Positions 13,172-26,060 of a stretch of DNA of 64,000 nt are shown here, piece after piece; positions within the stretch are counted from its first letter, which is position 1, and each line of letters starts with the position of its first letter. The position numbers and the translations under genes are program-made. The DNA comes from Lama guanicoe (Eukaryota). The stretch covers positions 372,001-436,000 of the forward strand of contig MU054033.1 in NCBI GenBank assembly GCA_013239625.1. Direction: 5' to 3'. Under the pieces are notes generated by a model. That model ran no database searches. It saw only the letters and a program-made list of their open reading frames with translations, and was not told the origin of the DNA.

Positions 13172-13560
13172 GTGTTAGTCAGGGCTCCCCAGACAAACAG
13201 AACCAATGGGATGCATCTACGTACCCACAAAGAAAGATTTGCTACGAGGAACTGGCTCACTTGGTTATGGAAGTTCTCAGTAATTTCTTTATAAAGTGTG
13301 TCCTGCCAACAGCCATGGTGCTCTGGTGGGGACTTAACTTGCAGAGTAGAACGTATGTTGTCCTTGGAACCCCGCACCCCGCAGCCCCTGCAGACTGGAA
13401 AATGCAAACGATGAGTAATACCAGCCATTGTGGGCAGGGACAGTCACCCCGTCTCCACCTCCACTCACTCCTTGGGTTTTGCTCCATCTCCAGTACTGTC
13501 ACTGTTTCTTGACTCTTGGTTTGGTGACCAACAGACCCTGCACTCACTCTCTTAATATTT
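13172..13560 (-). mobile_element. ERVL remnant: MLT2 LTR 3' end joined to a decayed ERVL internal (integrase/dUTPase-region) fragment
   Basis: tgttagtcagggctccccagacaaacagaaccaatggga...aggaactggctcac is an MLT2 end. The adjacent reverse strand (acccaaggagtg...gcaagttaagtccccaccagagcac) resembles ERVL internal sequence. Confidence 0.65.
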
Positions 13561-13719
13561 AGTCTTCCCTCTTCCCTCTGCTTGGTAGGTGGGTTCTAGC
13601 ATCACTGTCATCTCCTTGGATGAGAAGCTCCTGCAGACAGGGGTGTCCCAGGGAGGGAGAACCGGAGAATGCCCCCATGGAGGAACTATGGCCATCCTTA
13701 TCCCTGCTATGATAACTTT

Positions 13720-14000
13720 GTTATATTCTGTGACCACATCAGCTTTACTGAAGAGCTATTGATACTGAGTTCACTGTCGATTAAGCCCACCTCCCAGTCT
13801 TCCTTCACATACTCAGTTTTGTGTTGTGCTATTAACTTCCTGGATGCAAGCACAGGGCTGCACGTTTACGCCTACTGCATTTCCCTTTGTAATGTCTTCA
13901 TCCAGCCATTTATGGAATTCTTGGACCCCAATCCTGTCATTGTTAATGCTCACCTTGAATGATTAAGCCTTCCCACCATTTATAAAGCTGAATTTAAATT
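13720..14000 (-). mobile_element. L3/CR1 LINE remnant
   Basis: gcacagggctgcacgtttacgcctactgcatttccctttgt...ttggaccccaatcctgtcat resembles the CR1/L3 RT region. Confidence 0.5.
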
Positions 14001-14854
14001 CAAAATGTGCCCCATAACCCTTTCTTCTTTCTTTTTAATTTTTGAAATTATTTTTTATTTCCCCCTCCCCTTGTTCACATAATCATAATCAATCACATAG
14101 TCACATAGTCGATTTTGCATGAGACCAAGGAGTAACTAGCCCTGGTCAAACTTCACCAGGAAATTCAGCTATTAAATGAGGATTGTGGAGTCTCATTGGA
14201 GACCCACCAAGGCTCACGAACCTCCAGTGGGAAATCCTGTGGGAAATCTCAGAAGGGCAGGAAAGTGCTGGGGACTCCATCACATGAAAATGCAACTCCA
14301 AATCAAGGAAGGCTGTTCCAAGTCAATCCATCAAGAAGATGGCAGAAAAGATGTACAAGTGAAGAGGTTCCACTAAATGTCAAAGATGCTGCATGTGAGA
14401 TTTAGCGCAGCATTTATCTTTTGACTTGCTGAGAAACCCAATCAAGGAGGGAACATATAACAAATTCCGCTTGAATGTGGGGACCTGGGACAGAGGCACA
14501 AAGGATCCTGCAGCAGAGGATCTCAGGAGAACAGTTTGGCTCACCCAAGACCCAGGACAGAATGTCTGCTAGTTTCTAAGATAAGAATGACACAGTTTAA
14601 TGAGCATTTCAGCATTCGTTTTTAAGTAGATTCAAATATAATGTTAATGTTGGAGCATTTCACTGAGATGTTTTATTCCTGTATCATTATCGTCACCAGA
14701 TTCCTCCTGGAAGTCCTTACTGCACGTGGAGTGAATTAGTACAATTTCCCCATCATTCAGTCCACATATATGAAATATTTCTAGTATTTAATTCACAATC
14801 ATATTTCATAACTTACAGTGTATAATGAAGTGTGATACATGACATGTAATCTGT

Positions 14855-15229
14855 CAGGGACTGCAAACTGTGACCCATGGGCTGGCCACCACCTGTTTTT
14901 CTAGTTTTATTTGCACACAACCATATTCATTTATTTACACATATATTAAAAAATCTTTTTTGGTGGGGAAGTAATTAGGTTTATTTATTTGTTTCTTTGT
15001 TTGTTTATTTAAATAGAGGTACCAGGGATTGAACCCAGAACCCCACACACGCTAAGCACGCGCTCTGCCATTGAGCTATACTGTTCCCCCCCATTTACAT
15101 ATTTTTGTTACATATTTTTATGGCTGCTTTTGCTACAACAGAGGTAAGTAGAGTCAACGCACACTGTACGTCCTGCACGCCCAAAACATTGCCTTTCTCT
15201 CCCTTTAAGATAAAGTTTGCCCAGTCCAG
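14855..15229 (+). mobile_element. MER58A (hAT-Charlie) DNA transposon interrupted by a SINE
   Basis: cagggactgcaaact...acctgttttt...cattcatttatttac / atggctgcttt...ccctttaagataaagtttgcc. Confidence 0.8.
14950..15092 (-). mobile_element. Vic-1-type SINE
   Basis: gaggtaccagggattgaacccag...gctaagcacgcgctctgccattgagctata...ccccc plus AT-rich tail. Imperfect TSD atttaca(ca)tat. Confidence 0.88.
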
Positions 15230-16844
15230 TAATACACAATGTAGTATGTAACATATAGCATGGAAGATTAATGTAGAAAACTTCACACACGCCATATATT
15301 AATACAAAATGCAATCTATGAAAATATATATGATTGTAAGTCACATATAATCATTATATCTGTCTAAAGTTTGGGGATAAGTTAGTTGGTGGTTTGTACA
15401 ATTAAACCATTAAATCCTTTCTCTCATTTAGAGAGTTTGTCATGAAAATTGTCCCGTGGGGTTGGTTGGAATATACAGAAACTGTTCTACCAAAATTATG
15501 ATGGATACAGCAATTAACACGCACAATTCTAGCTGAGGGTTGGTTGTTTTTTTTTTCCTGTTTTCCAAATAAATCGTTAACAGATGGAGTCCCTTCTAAG
15601 GCTGGGCTGCACTGAGGACGAAATGGTTCAACTTGGGGCTGAGTGATTGATTTTCTGAGCCTTTCAGGGAACATACACATTCGCATGAAATCAGCAGATT
15701 TGAACGTTGTGGCCCAGACGGAGAAACAGCTCTGGGGTCTAGAGCATTCGAAAGCTGATGCTGAGGGATACGGGGTAAGATTCCAAACGTGCCCAGCAGA
15801 CGTACGGAGCGTTTCCGCTGCGTGCGTTTCCCGGACCCATTCAGTTGTCTGGGTTTCGCCGTCTGGCCGTCTTCACTGCAAGGCACCAGGGCAGCACGGA
15901 CAGGACGCAGGCTTCGTCTCTCAAGCCGGCGCACGTATCCAGGTCAGTTACCTCGTGTGGCGTCCTCACTGTGCGCTGAGGCTTTGCTTTCTGCCCTCAG
16001 GTGCAGTAGACAGGTGTGCCCTGGCTGAGGGCCGCGCCCCACGGAGCTGTGCGCTCTAACCTGAGCAGTCGAGGCAGGAACCTGGTTAAGACACGTTAAC
16101 AGAGTCCATGAACCTGGCAGAACTGCACGCCTCTTTCCGTGTGTTGACAAAGCGTCTTACTGGAGCCAAGCAACTGTCATCTGATGCATATGATTATTCA
16201 TTAAACGCACAGAAATTAAATGATAAAGGCGTCTGTTTCACCACGAGGGACTGAACTGCTAAGCTGAGCGCTTCTTATTTATCTGGAACGTCCACAAAGA
16301 AACTTTCATCTGAATAAGACAGGTCTTAGAGGAGCTCTGCCAAATTCAGACACACTGTTAAGTTCCTCTAGCGTGAAAGCAGGCAGGGCTGGTAGCCTGT
16401 GCAGCCCCTCTGATCAGCCAGGTGGTGATGTTGCAGAAGTTGGTGATGTTTCCTTTGGGTCCCTGTTCACCCATTACCCACCTCCTTTACCTTCTTTCCT
16501 CCCCTCTTGTAACCCTGCTTCGTTTGGGGCATGATTCAAAGAGGATTAGTGATGCAACGGTGGCCTGGTGGCAAGAGGGATTTGCGTATTAACAGAGGGG
16601 CAGTGTTACGAAGCTTTAATTGGGAAAGGTTTCTCTGGGCACCTTAGCTTTGCTTGACAGAGCATCACCTGCGGGAAGAACCATGCCCACGCCCCCTCCG
16701 TATGCCTGAGTGTTTTCCCAAATGCCTCCCTTAGGATTTTTGCAACTGGGTCACAGCACGCATGGTCTACATAAGGTGGGTAACTGCTCAGCCTCATCTG
16801 AAGTGACGCTGTCTGTGGATTCGTAGATGTGAAAAACTACTTAC

Positions 16845-17251
16845 ATTTTTAAAAATTGAAGGATAGTTGATTTACAATGTTGTGTTGGTTTCTGGTGTAC
16901 AGCAAAGTGATTCAGTTATACATACATTCTTTTTCATTACAAGTTATTTCAAGATTTTGAATATCGTTTCCTGTGCTATATAGTAGGACCTTGTTGTTGT
17001 TTAAATAATTGTTAGATGTTTAATGATTGATTTTTAAACATAACTCATTATCTGCAATTTAACAAATAATGCTTAGCATCCTTTACTAAGAACGTGGATA
17101 CACTGATGATTTCTTTTTTTTAACTTTTTTTTATTGAGTTATAGTCATTTTACAATCTTGTGTCAAATTAGGACCTTGTTGTTTATCTATTTTATGTACA
17201 GTAGTTTGCATCTGCGAATCCTGAACTCCTGCTTTATCCTTCCCTGCTCCC
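16845..17251 (-). mobile_element. L1 3' UTR fragment split by a younger L1 insertion
   Basis: 16845-16998 and 17169-17251 join into one continuous L1 3' UTR of the same type as 1019-1329. Confidence 0.88.
16999..17168 (-). mobile_element. Short young L1 tail plus ~107 bp of probable 3'-transduced flank, within a 15-bp TSD
   Basis: TSD taggaccttgttgtt at 16984-16998 and 17169-17183. L1 tail at 17110-17168 matches 20509-20565. ATTAAA on the minus strand at 17019-17024. Confidence 0.75.
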
Positions 17252-19061
17252 AGTTACACCCTTATTTTGTAAGAATGGTGATGGGGCCGTGGTTGGGAGC
17301 TGCTGGCGCTGGCTGCCCTCTGGGCAGTGGGCACCTGCATCCTCACGAGTCTGCCTGAGGGTGAGAAGGAGGGTGCTGTGAAATGGAGCGTCCGTGGAGC
17401 CTGACCACGGGAGGAGTGGGAGCTGTCGTTAGCGGAGAGCATGGCAAAACGGACGGAGGAGGAGGATGTTCTCACGACCGGTCGACTTTCCTCTCTATTA
17501 CTAGTTACCTTTCCTCCGGATCGGACAGCACCAGGCTCTCCTGAAGAGTGAAGCTCTCGCACCGTTGGCACCAGCATCAGAGAGCTGGCTCATTCTAGGC
17601 ACCAGCTCCATGGGCTGGTTCTGGCATCGCTCGTCTGCCTTGGGAGGCTATAAAGCCACCGACGTTTCGAAATTCTCTCGGGCTTTGTTGCTCTGCTGTT
17701 ACCCCGTCACCCCTCGGGGGCAGGGAGTCGTCGGCTAATGATTCCCACACCTCATTACTCTCATCCTGCCGTGATGTAAGGAGGGAAGGGGGCCCTCTCT
17801 ACCTGGAAGGGGCCCAGGATGGCAGCTGGCGGAGTCAGGAGTGGTCCGACTTGCTGGCCTTGTGGTCTCATTTTGTTTTCTTATCCAGTGCGCGCTGTTT
17901 GTTCATCGACTTGGTGGATTTGGAAACTGCTGCTCTTTGCACAGGTGCTGACGGCCTCGGCCGTGCAGACGTGAGTGTCTCACGTGGAGAGCACAGCTCT
18001 AGTCTCCCAGAGCTGGGACGCAAGTGGGCCTTTGCCAGGAGGAGAGGAAGGCTGGGGCTGACAGATAGACTTGGTTAGGATGGTTCCTAAAAGCTGGGGC
18101 TGACTCACACCTGGTTCATCTCTACAGTCCTGGCTAGTGCCTGTCAGCCTAGGATAATAACCAACAATTCTTCCTTCCCTCTCAAAGGCATCCCGGCTTC
18201 AACATCACGTCCTGTGGTTGCCCTACTGATAGGCGGTCCTCTGAGTGGGTGTGAGCATGTGACTGTGCACCTGTTGAGACGTGTGGAAAACCAGACTCTG
18301 CATCCATCCATGAGTGTGTGTCCTGACTGGCTTTTCAGCATCAGAGTCCCTCCTGGGATGGGGACACTCGATCTTGAAGGTTCCGTGTTCAAAGGAGTAG
18401 GTGGAAAAGCTGGACGAGTGACCTACTCACTTCCAGCTGTCTACACCGTACATTAATTCACTTCGTTCTCAAAGGAATACTGGGGCTAACAGTGAACCCA
18501 ACTTACCATTGAGAAGAGAAGCTAGAGGTTGTCCCCAAGGTACAGAGTAAGTGGGGAACCAGAGATTTGAACTCGGGCATGTTTGCTTTGAAACACAGGC
18601 GTGTCCACGACACCATACTCACTGGGAAGGGAGGCAGTGAAGCATGATCAGCTGAACCCTGGGGATTATCACAGGAAAGGGGTAAAACCACCCCTTCCGG
18701 TACGGAGCACTGTGGGAAGAGGCAGAGATGGAGGAGGGTCGGGGACACAGGCACCAAGATTTCAGAGAGGAGAGGTACTTGAGAGGGGTCAGTCAGAAGC
18801 CGCCTGTTCAGGACACACACAAGCCCACACTGCTGGGGTGGAATGTGGAAATTAAAATAACTAAAGTAGTGTCTGACTCGGGACCTTGAGAGAGGGGTCA
18901 CTGAGACAGGGGTGGAGTGACCCTACGTACAGAAATGGAGCAGGTTTCCTGGCTCCAGAAACAAATGGTTTGTGGTTGAGGACAGGACCATGCTCCCCGC
19001 AGAGCACGAATGTGGGAGAGAAAAGTGCTCCTACGGAGAACTGAGTCTGTCAGGAAGGAAG

Positions 19062-19292
19062 AAGGAAAAGCTGATATTGGAAAGGGGGATAATGATGTCA
19101 GGGAGGGGAAATTGATTATATGGGAAGAGGAAATTGATATTGGAAAAGGGAAAATTGATGTTGGGAAGGGGAAATTGATGATGGGAAGAGGAAATTGATG
19201 ATGGGAAGGGGAAATTGGAAATTCATGACATGACAGGGAAACTGATGAGAAGGAGAAATGATGCCAGATGGGGGAAGCTGATGTTGGGAAGG
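19062..19292. repeat. Degenerate purine-rich minisatellite, ~20-bp unit (GGGGAAATTGATGATGGGAA)
   Basis: About 10-11 imperfect units, most homogeneous at 19105-19216. Confidence 0.85.
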
Positions 19293-19897
19293 CCAACAGC
19301 ACTTCAAAACAGTCGCCAGGTCACCCTAAGAGTTCTTGTTTTCAGGCTTTGGGCCACGGCCAGCCCCTCAGTGTTTGCCCTCCATCCAAGTCAGTCGTGC
19401 CAGCTTGGAGTTCCATATGGTTTGGACTTGATCAAGGCTCTGATGGAGCAGGGCGGTAAGTAGAGAGCAATGCCTCAGTATCCCTTAGCATTGTACTGAG
19501 TAGATAGTAAAGTACCCATAACTTTTCTTGATTAACTTCTGCTTCTTGGTGTCATGAAATTTGTTTACCTACAATTACAAGAAAGCAAAGTCTGGAGCAG
19601 AAGAGAAAGCTAGCCCTAATTTTGGTAGGTCTGGACACTGCAGTGGCCAGTTATCTTCCTGGTCTATATCTGCACTTACCATTGCCCAACAGTGTTTCCC
19701 CTACTAGGTTTGCTTTCTCAGACTCTGAGAGCATTTTATTTCGTATTTTTTCTTGTAGCCTAAAATTTCCCTCTGATCCTACACCCTTTGAGTCTGACAG
19801 TTTAGCTTCTCACTGTGAAGTGGATGCACCATTAACCCCTCTCCTCTCATAATCCTCATCATTGAGTCCTCAGGCTTATCTCAGAAATAGACCTTGA

Positions 19898-20568
19898 CAT
19901 TCAAAAATCCACAAATGACAAATGCTGGAGAGGCTGTGGAGAAAGGGGAACCCTCCTACACTGCTGGTGGGAATGCAGTTTGGTGCAGCCACTATGGAAA
20001 ACAGTGTGGAGATTCCTCAAAAGACTAGGAATAGANNNNNNNNNNNNNNNNNNNNNNNNNNNNNNNNNNNNNNNNNNNNNNNNNNNNNNNNNNNNNNNNN
20101 NNNNNNNNNNNNNNNNNNNNNNNNNNNNNNNNNNNNNNNNNNNNNNNNNNNNNNNNNNNNNNNNNNNNNNNNNNNNNNNNNNNNNNNNNNNNNNNNNNNN
20201 NNNNNNNNNNNNNNNNNNNNNNNNNNNNNNNNNNNNAAAACAAAAACAAAAACAAACAAACAAAAACAAAGCATAAATACAGGACAGAAATAGACTCACG
20301 GACAGAGAATACAGACCTGTGGTTACCAGAGGGGTGGAGGGTGGGAAGGGATAGACTGGGATTTCAAAATTGTAGAATAGATAAACAAGATTACACTGTA
20401 TAGCACCAGGAAATATATACAAAATGTTATGATAACTTGCAGAGAAAAAAATGTGACAATGAGTGTGTATATGCCCATGAATGACTGAAAAATTGTGCTG
20501 AACACTGGAATTTGACACAACATTGTAAAATGATTATAAATCAAAAAAAAGTGTTAAAAAAAAAGAAA
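19898..20568 (+). mobile_element. Young 5'-truncated L1 with perfect 15-bp TSD, spanning an assembly gap
   Basis: aatgctggagaggctgtggagaaagggg...gaatttgacacaacattgtaaaatg plus A tail. TSD agaaatagaccttga at 19883-19897 and 20569-20583. Confidence 0.95.
20036..20236. other. Assembly gap (201 N)
   Basis: Run of N characters. Confidence 1.
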
Positions 20569-20584
20569 AGAAATAGACCTTGAA

Positions 20585-21200
20585 TTCATTTACATCTCTC
20601 CATCGCCATTATTACCAGCTCTCCCCTGCCCAACCACAGAGCTTCCTGGCAGATTTATCTCCTTTCATGCTAGTCTTTCTCCAATCCGTTCTCCTAAAAG
20701 GAAATATGTTTATCAAAATACGAATCAGATCATGCCACTCTCCTATCAAATACGCTTCCACTTCTCTCCTCTTTTGCCATTTTCCCCCACCACTCTAGAA
20801 TGAAAATCTAAACACCTTCCCAAGGTCTAAAAAGCTCTGGAAAATTTGGATCCTGCCAACCGTCTGACCCTGTCTCGGGACACTTGTGTCCTTTCTCACC
20901 AGGAACCAATCACATCCTTCTTTTCTCTTCCTCAAACTTGAAAAGCCCTTTCCCAGGCCTTTGTCTCTTGTTCCCTCTGCTCTTCAAACAGGTGCTTCTC
21001 TCTCACCTGAGATCACCTCTCGGAGGCTTTCCCCAGGACCATCCCTTCCCGCCTTTTCTGTCACATGAGTCACATCTCCTGCTTATTCCTTCGTGTCAGT
21101 GGTCACGATGAAAGGATACTGCTGTTTTATTGGTCAGTTTTGTCCACTAGAATGTGAGCCCTGAGAGCTGCTCTACCTCTGGTACTTAGAACTTTGTCCG
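20585..21200 (+). mobile_element. L2 LINE 3' region
   Basis: aatcagatcatgccactctcct...ctagaatgaaaatctaaac...tcacctctcggaggctttccc...ccactagaatgtgagccctgagag. Confidence 0.75.
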
Positions 21201-21289
21201 CAACTTCATAGATTATTTGACGGCTGGTGTCATTAATGCCTTTATTCTTGTTGCTCACCTCATCTTGCACTTTAATTTTTTTCACTCAG

Positions 21290-23940
21290 TTTTTTTTTAT
21301 TTTAAAATAATTTCAGATTTGCAAGAAGTTCCAAAAGTACTAGCTTTCCCCAATTATATCTCACATAACCAGAGAGCAATCATCAATTATTAAAATGGAA
21401 AAATTACATTGATATACTATTAACTAAACTGCAGGCCTCATTTGGATTTCTCAAAATTTTAAACATGCATTTATTGTTTATTATTATTATTATTATTACC
21501 ATTACTATTGCTATTAAACTGGAAGAACTCACCAGTGAAACTCCTCTTTCAGCCTGCTGATTCCTTCTTTTTAAATTTCTAAATCAATTTCTTTAACAGT
21601 TATGAGACCATTCTTACTTTTTAATCTCAGGCAAGTTTTTGTTTTTGTTTTTGTTTTGAGGAATTGGTCTCTCATCTAAGTTGATCAGTTTATGTTTGTA
21701 GAGCTGTTCATAGGATTCGTTTTTTATGTTTTGAATGTCTGTGGCATCTGTAGTAATGCTCCTTTCCATTCCTGATATTGGTAATCTGGGGGTGTACTTT
21801 TTTGTTTCTTCGCTAGTCTTGCTGGGGGCATTTTAATGTTGCTGATTATTTCACAAAATCAGCTTTCTGAGTGGATCTTATCTATTACCTTTCTGTTTTC
21901 AATTTCATTGATTCCTGCTCTTATTTTTATGAGTTAATTCCTTCTGCTTGCTTTGGGTTTCTTTTGTTCTTTTTATGGTTTCTTGAAGTCAAAGCTTAGA
22001 TTGTAACTTGTGAAGTTTCTTTTCTTCTAACAGAGGTCGTTAGTGCTATAAACTTCCCAGTGTATACTGCTTTGGTTGTGTTCCAAAGACTTTCCATGTT
22101 GTAATTTTGTTTTCATTTGGTTCAATGTATTTTCCAATTTCCTTTGGGACTTTCTTTTTGAACCATGGATTATTTAAGGAATATGTCATTTAATTTCCAA
22201 AGCTTAGAGGTTTTCCTATTATCTTTTGGCTATTTATTTCTAGTTCAATTCTGTTATAGTCAGAGAACATAAATGAGTTAAGTTTTGTTTCATAGATCAG
22301 AATATAGTCTATTTAAGTAACTGTTCCATATGTGCTTAGAAAGAATGTATATTCTGCTGATGTCAGGTGAAGAGTTTCATAAATGTTAATTAGATTCCAT
22401 TGATTGATGGCGTTATTCAGTTTTTATACAGCCTTGCTGATTTTCTCTGTAGGTATTGATCCATTATTGAGAGAGTGGTGTTGAAGACCACAGTCATAAT
22501 TGTGGATTTGTCTCTTCATATTTATTCTTGGCAATTTTCTTTGCTCCAAAGACTACTTGGTCTGACATTAGTATAGACACTCATAGTTTCTTGGTAGATG
22601 TTCTCCATCCATTTACTTTAAACATACTGTATAATTATATTTGAAGTGATTTTCCTGCAGAGAGCATGTAGGTAGCTCAAGTTTAAAAAAAATCCATTCT
22701 GATAATCTCTATCTTCTAATTGGGTTGTTTGCCATTTACATTTAATGTGATTATTGCTATGCTAGGATTTAGGCTGTCCTAGAATTTAGGATGTCCATCT
22801 TATTATTTGTTTTCTGTTTGCTCTTTCTGTTTTTCATTATGTTGTTTACCTTTTCCTGACTTTCTATGGACTACCTCAGCATTTTTCTAGTATTTCATTA
22901 TAATTCAGCAATAGTTTTGACTATTTATCTTTATTTAGTGTGTGTGTATACTATAGACATTTAAAATTCATCTTAATATATTACAGTTTTCCAGTATCAA
23001 TATTTAAGCACTTTCAATGGAATATAGAAACTTACCACCACCTTCCTTATGATAAAATCTTCTTAAATATTGCCTTTCACACATGGGCTACTCAAGGGTA
23101 TCCGCAGGACTTTGTATACCCAGATTAAAATTTGCTTCCTTTAGTCCTCCCTTCCCCTACTGACTCTACCACAACTTTACTGTTGTTCATCAGAAAACAA
23201 GGTTATTTGACCGTGACCCACTTAACAATCTCTGTGGCCACTGTGCCTGGTGGGAGAGGTTGAGGACCACCAACTCTGCTGTGTTCCCTTGGTATAGCGA
23301 GGAGACTGTCAGCATGCCTCCTCTCCGACTGTCCCTGTGGCTGATGTGTCAGGTGTGTATGGGGGATGCACCCATGTTCACTTAGTGTCAGACAGGGACA
23401 GCCAATAGAGCCCCCTTCCACCATTGCTACCACACCTACTGGTGAGGATGGGGGATGCTGTCTTTGCTTATGTTAGTAGAGGGGCAGAGACGGTTGACAC
23501 TACACCCCCAGAGTCTCCACAGGCCCAGGGCAGGTGGCAAAGGGTGTGACTTCCTTCACGGTGTCTGCCTTGAGTGAAGGAGATATAGTCTATGTGGTTT
23601 CACCCTACAGGGCTGCCCTGTTCCCAGCATTTGGCTGGAGATAATAGGTTTTCCTTGGGGATCATTTATTCATTTCTAATTGACAAATTTCTTTCGCCTG
23701 TGCCCATGGGTGACTCCGGGTTTCAAGACCAAGCCTGGACCAATATAGAAGCGAAAGGCCCAGATTCCCAAGGAACTCATCTTCAGCTGGCCCCTGGGGT
23801 CCTGAGGTTCCAGCCAATCTCTTCTGCTTTCAGTCCCTTGATAGTCGCTTTATGCATTTTATCCAGCACTTTTGGTTTTAACTAGCAGGAGGAATAGGGT
23901 AGAATGTGCTTACTCTATCTTGTCTGGAACCAGAAACTCC
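21290..23940 (-). mobile_element. Ancient L1MC-type LINE-1 (3' end piece, ORF2 endonuclease region, 5' end), heavily deleted
   Basis: T-rich antisense ORF2 (ttccttctgcttgctttgggttt, gaatgtatattctgctg). The reverse complement of 23780-23940 resembles the L1 5' end at 5230-5400. Confidence 0.82.
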
Positions 23941-24279
23941 TCCTTTTTCCTTTTGTTGATAAAATCTTAATACATTTTTGATGATCACCTTGAATCCAAG
24001 GATATACCAGTTTTCATTAATGTTCCTCTCTCTTGAAGTCTCAAAGTCCTTTACTAAGTGCCTTGTAATTCAGCACGTAATTATATACCAGCTTGCAGCT
24101 CTTGCTGATTCATTCGTGTTTCATGGTCTTATCTCCTCGTAGGCATACATGAGATGTTTTCTCTAGGCCCAGGGTGCTTGTCACAGTTTGGGGCTCAAGG
24201 CTCGGACTTTATTCTCCTTGGATGAATTAATTATAACTCTGAATCCGATATGCCTCTTTGGAAGCTAGATCAACTTGCG

Positions 24280-24432
24280 TTCTAGCCTCCAGTCTATCTA
24301 GTACTAGTGGTAGCCTGTTGAATAAGTCGCTGAATCTCTTTGAGCTGTTGTTTCCTCATTTGTAAAATGAGTTTATTAATATCTCCATCACAGAAGACAA
24401 CACTGTGAGAACTGAGTCAAAATGTGCTTTAA
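24280..24432 (+). mobile_element. MIR SINE fragment
   Basis: ataagtcgctgaatctctttgagctgttgtttcctcatttgtaaaatgag. Confidence 0.7.
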
Positions 24433-25299
24433 ATGTTAACTGCAGTGGAACAGAGCTGCTCAACATTTTTCCCCTTTTCTTCTTTCCTCCTTTGTTTTGT
24501 GACAACCCATCCTTCGTGTCATAAAAGGAAAGTAATAGGAGTTGAATGACAAAGAGGGACACTCCAAGGACATCCTTTTTCTACTTTTGTTGGGCTGAAT
24601 TGAGTTAAAAAAAACTGACCCTACTATTCCATTTAGCTTGTGTCCCGGTCTACGCTGTTTCTCCTTGGCTTATCACTGAGCCTCCCTTGCTATTGAAGTG
24701 CCTACGTTTGAGCCTTTGGGTGGCAGCTGGCTCAGACACACCAGTGCCGTGTTCCCACCCCCTTTTCAAACACTCTGGCCTTTCCCACAAGGAACTTACA
24801 GAAGTGGGCTCAGCGGATGAAAAAAAAAAGCACAGCTGGATTCTGTAACAAGACAGAGAGTGGAAAAGGCCAGAATGATGAGCTGTGAGAGCTACTGTCA
24901 TTGGTCCCTGGGGTCCGGGAGGCCCTGTGTGTTCCTCCTGGGAACCAGCACTTGGGAAGCGTGGCCACAGTGCAGTCCAAGCAGCCCGCGTCCCCAGAGG
25001 ACACGGTGTTTCCACGCTGGTCAAAGGGAACGGGGTCAGGCCTGGGAGGGACGTGACTTCAGGTCACTGGTGAGATGTTTGGGGCAGAACTGCATGATTC
25101 AGGAAAAGACAGCCTGTGGTGAAGGGAGGGAAACTGCCGCAGCCAGCTTGAGAGTCAGGGGTGCAAGAGCGGAGGGTAAAGTGAATCCGGGAAGATTGTG
25201 AAGAGACTGTGAGGATCTGGGGGTGGGTCAGCTGGGGACTCTCTTTTGAGGAGGGTGGCCTCGAATTGTGAAAAAGAAAATCAAAGGGGGTGTATTCAC

Positions 25300-26060
25300 T
25301 CACCAGCGGGACCGGCGGAAGGGGATGCTGTTGCTCACAGGTTAAACCTCAGGCACGAAGGGGCAGGGGGGCTGGCGTGGCAGAGAAGAGACAGAGCCCA
25401 CTGTCTGCGCAGCGGGAGGACACTGGCGGTGTCTCGGCGCAGCCCACGTTTCCGCGTGGCCTTAGCACACGGGAGAGGCAAGGCAAGGGTGCGATGTGGT
25501 CCCCATGTAGCTTTGGAGAGATGGCGCCGGTTCTGAAAGCTGGAGTTTAGCTTCCCCAGATGGTCCATTGCCAAGTTTCTTCATTCAGTTTTTTTCCCCC
25601 CTGGAGAGAAGGAGAATGCCCTCCCCAGAGTCTGCTCCCTGCCCCACGTCACACACACGCACACACCGCACGTGTAAACCAGGGGCTCCCACAGCTGTCA
25701 CGACGGTCGCCGCTTGTAACCGGCCCCCACGCCCGCCGAGGCCGAAGCCGGGCGGACGCTCTGCCTTTTGTCGCCCCGAGCGCGGCTGTGCTGACGGGCC
25801 CGGGGCAGCGCCCGGCTTGCTGTTTCCAGGCATCCGTGATTCCAGCAGCGCCGCCGGGGCGAGGCGCTTTTCCCCGCCTCATTTCCCTCGTGTGCCTGCA
25901 ATTACTGCCTTACAAATGGAGGGGCTCGCAGTGCAGGAGGCAGTCATCGCTTCGGCCAGTCCTGTCCTTGGCTCAGCACCCGACGGGCTGTCCTGTGTGC
26001 CTGCAAAGGCCTGCGTTGCCCTCTCCTGGGCACGGCCCCCAGGGAGCAGCGCTGTTCGTC
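25300..26060. promoter_or_regulatory. CpG-island-like GC-rich region (candidate promoter/enhancer)
   Basis: Dense CpG, especially 25640-25890. E-box CACGTG at 25669-25674, CACGTCA at 25645-25651, GC-box-like ccccgcc. Not repeat-derived as far as I can recognise. Confidence 0.6.

Noticed and set aside
19901..20518. ORFs containing long X runs
   Set aside because: Artefacts of translating through the N gap within an L1.
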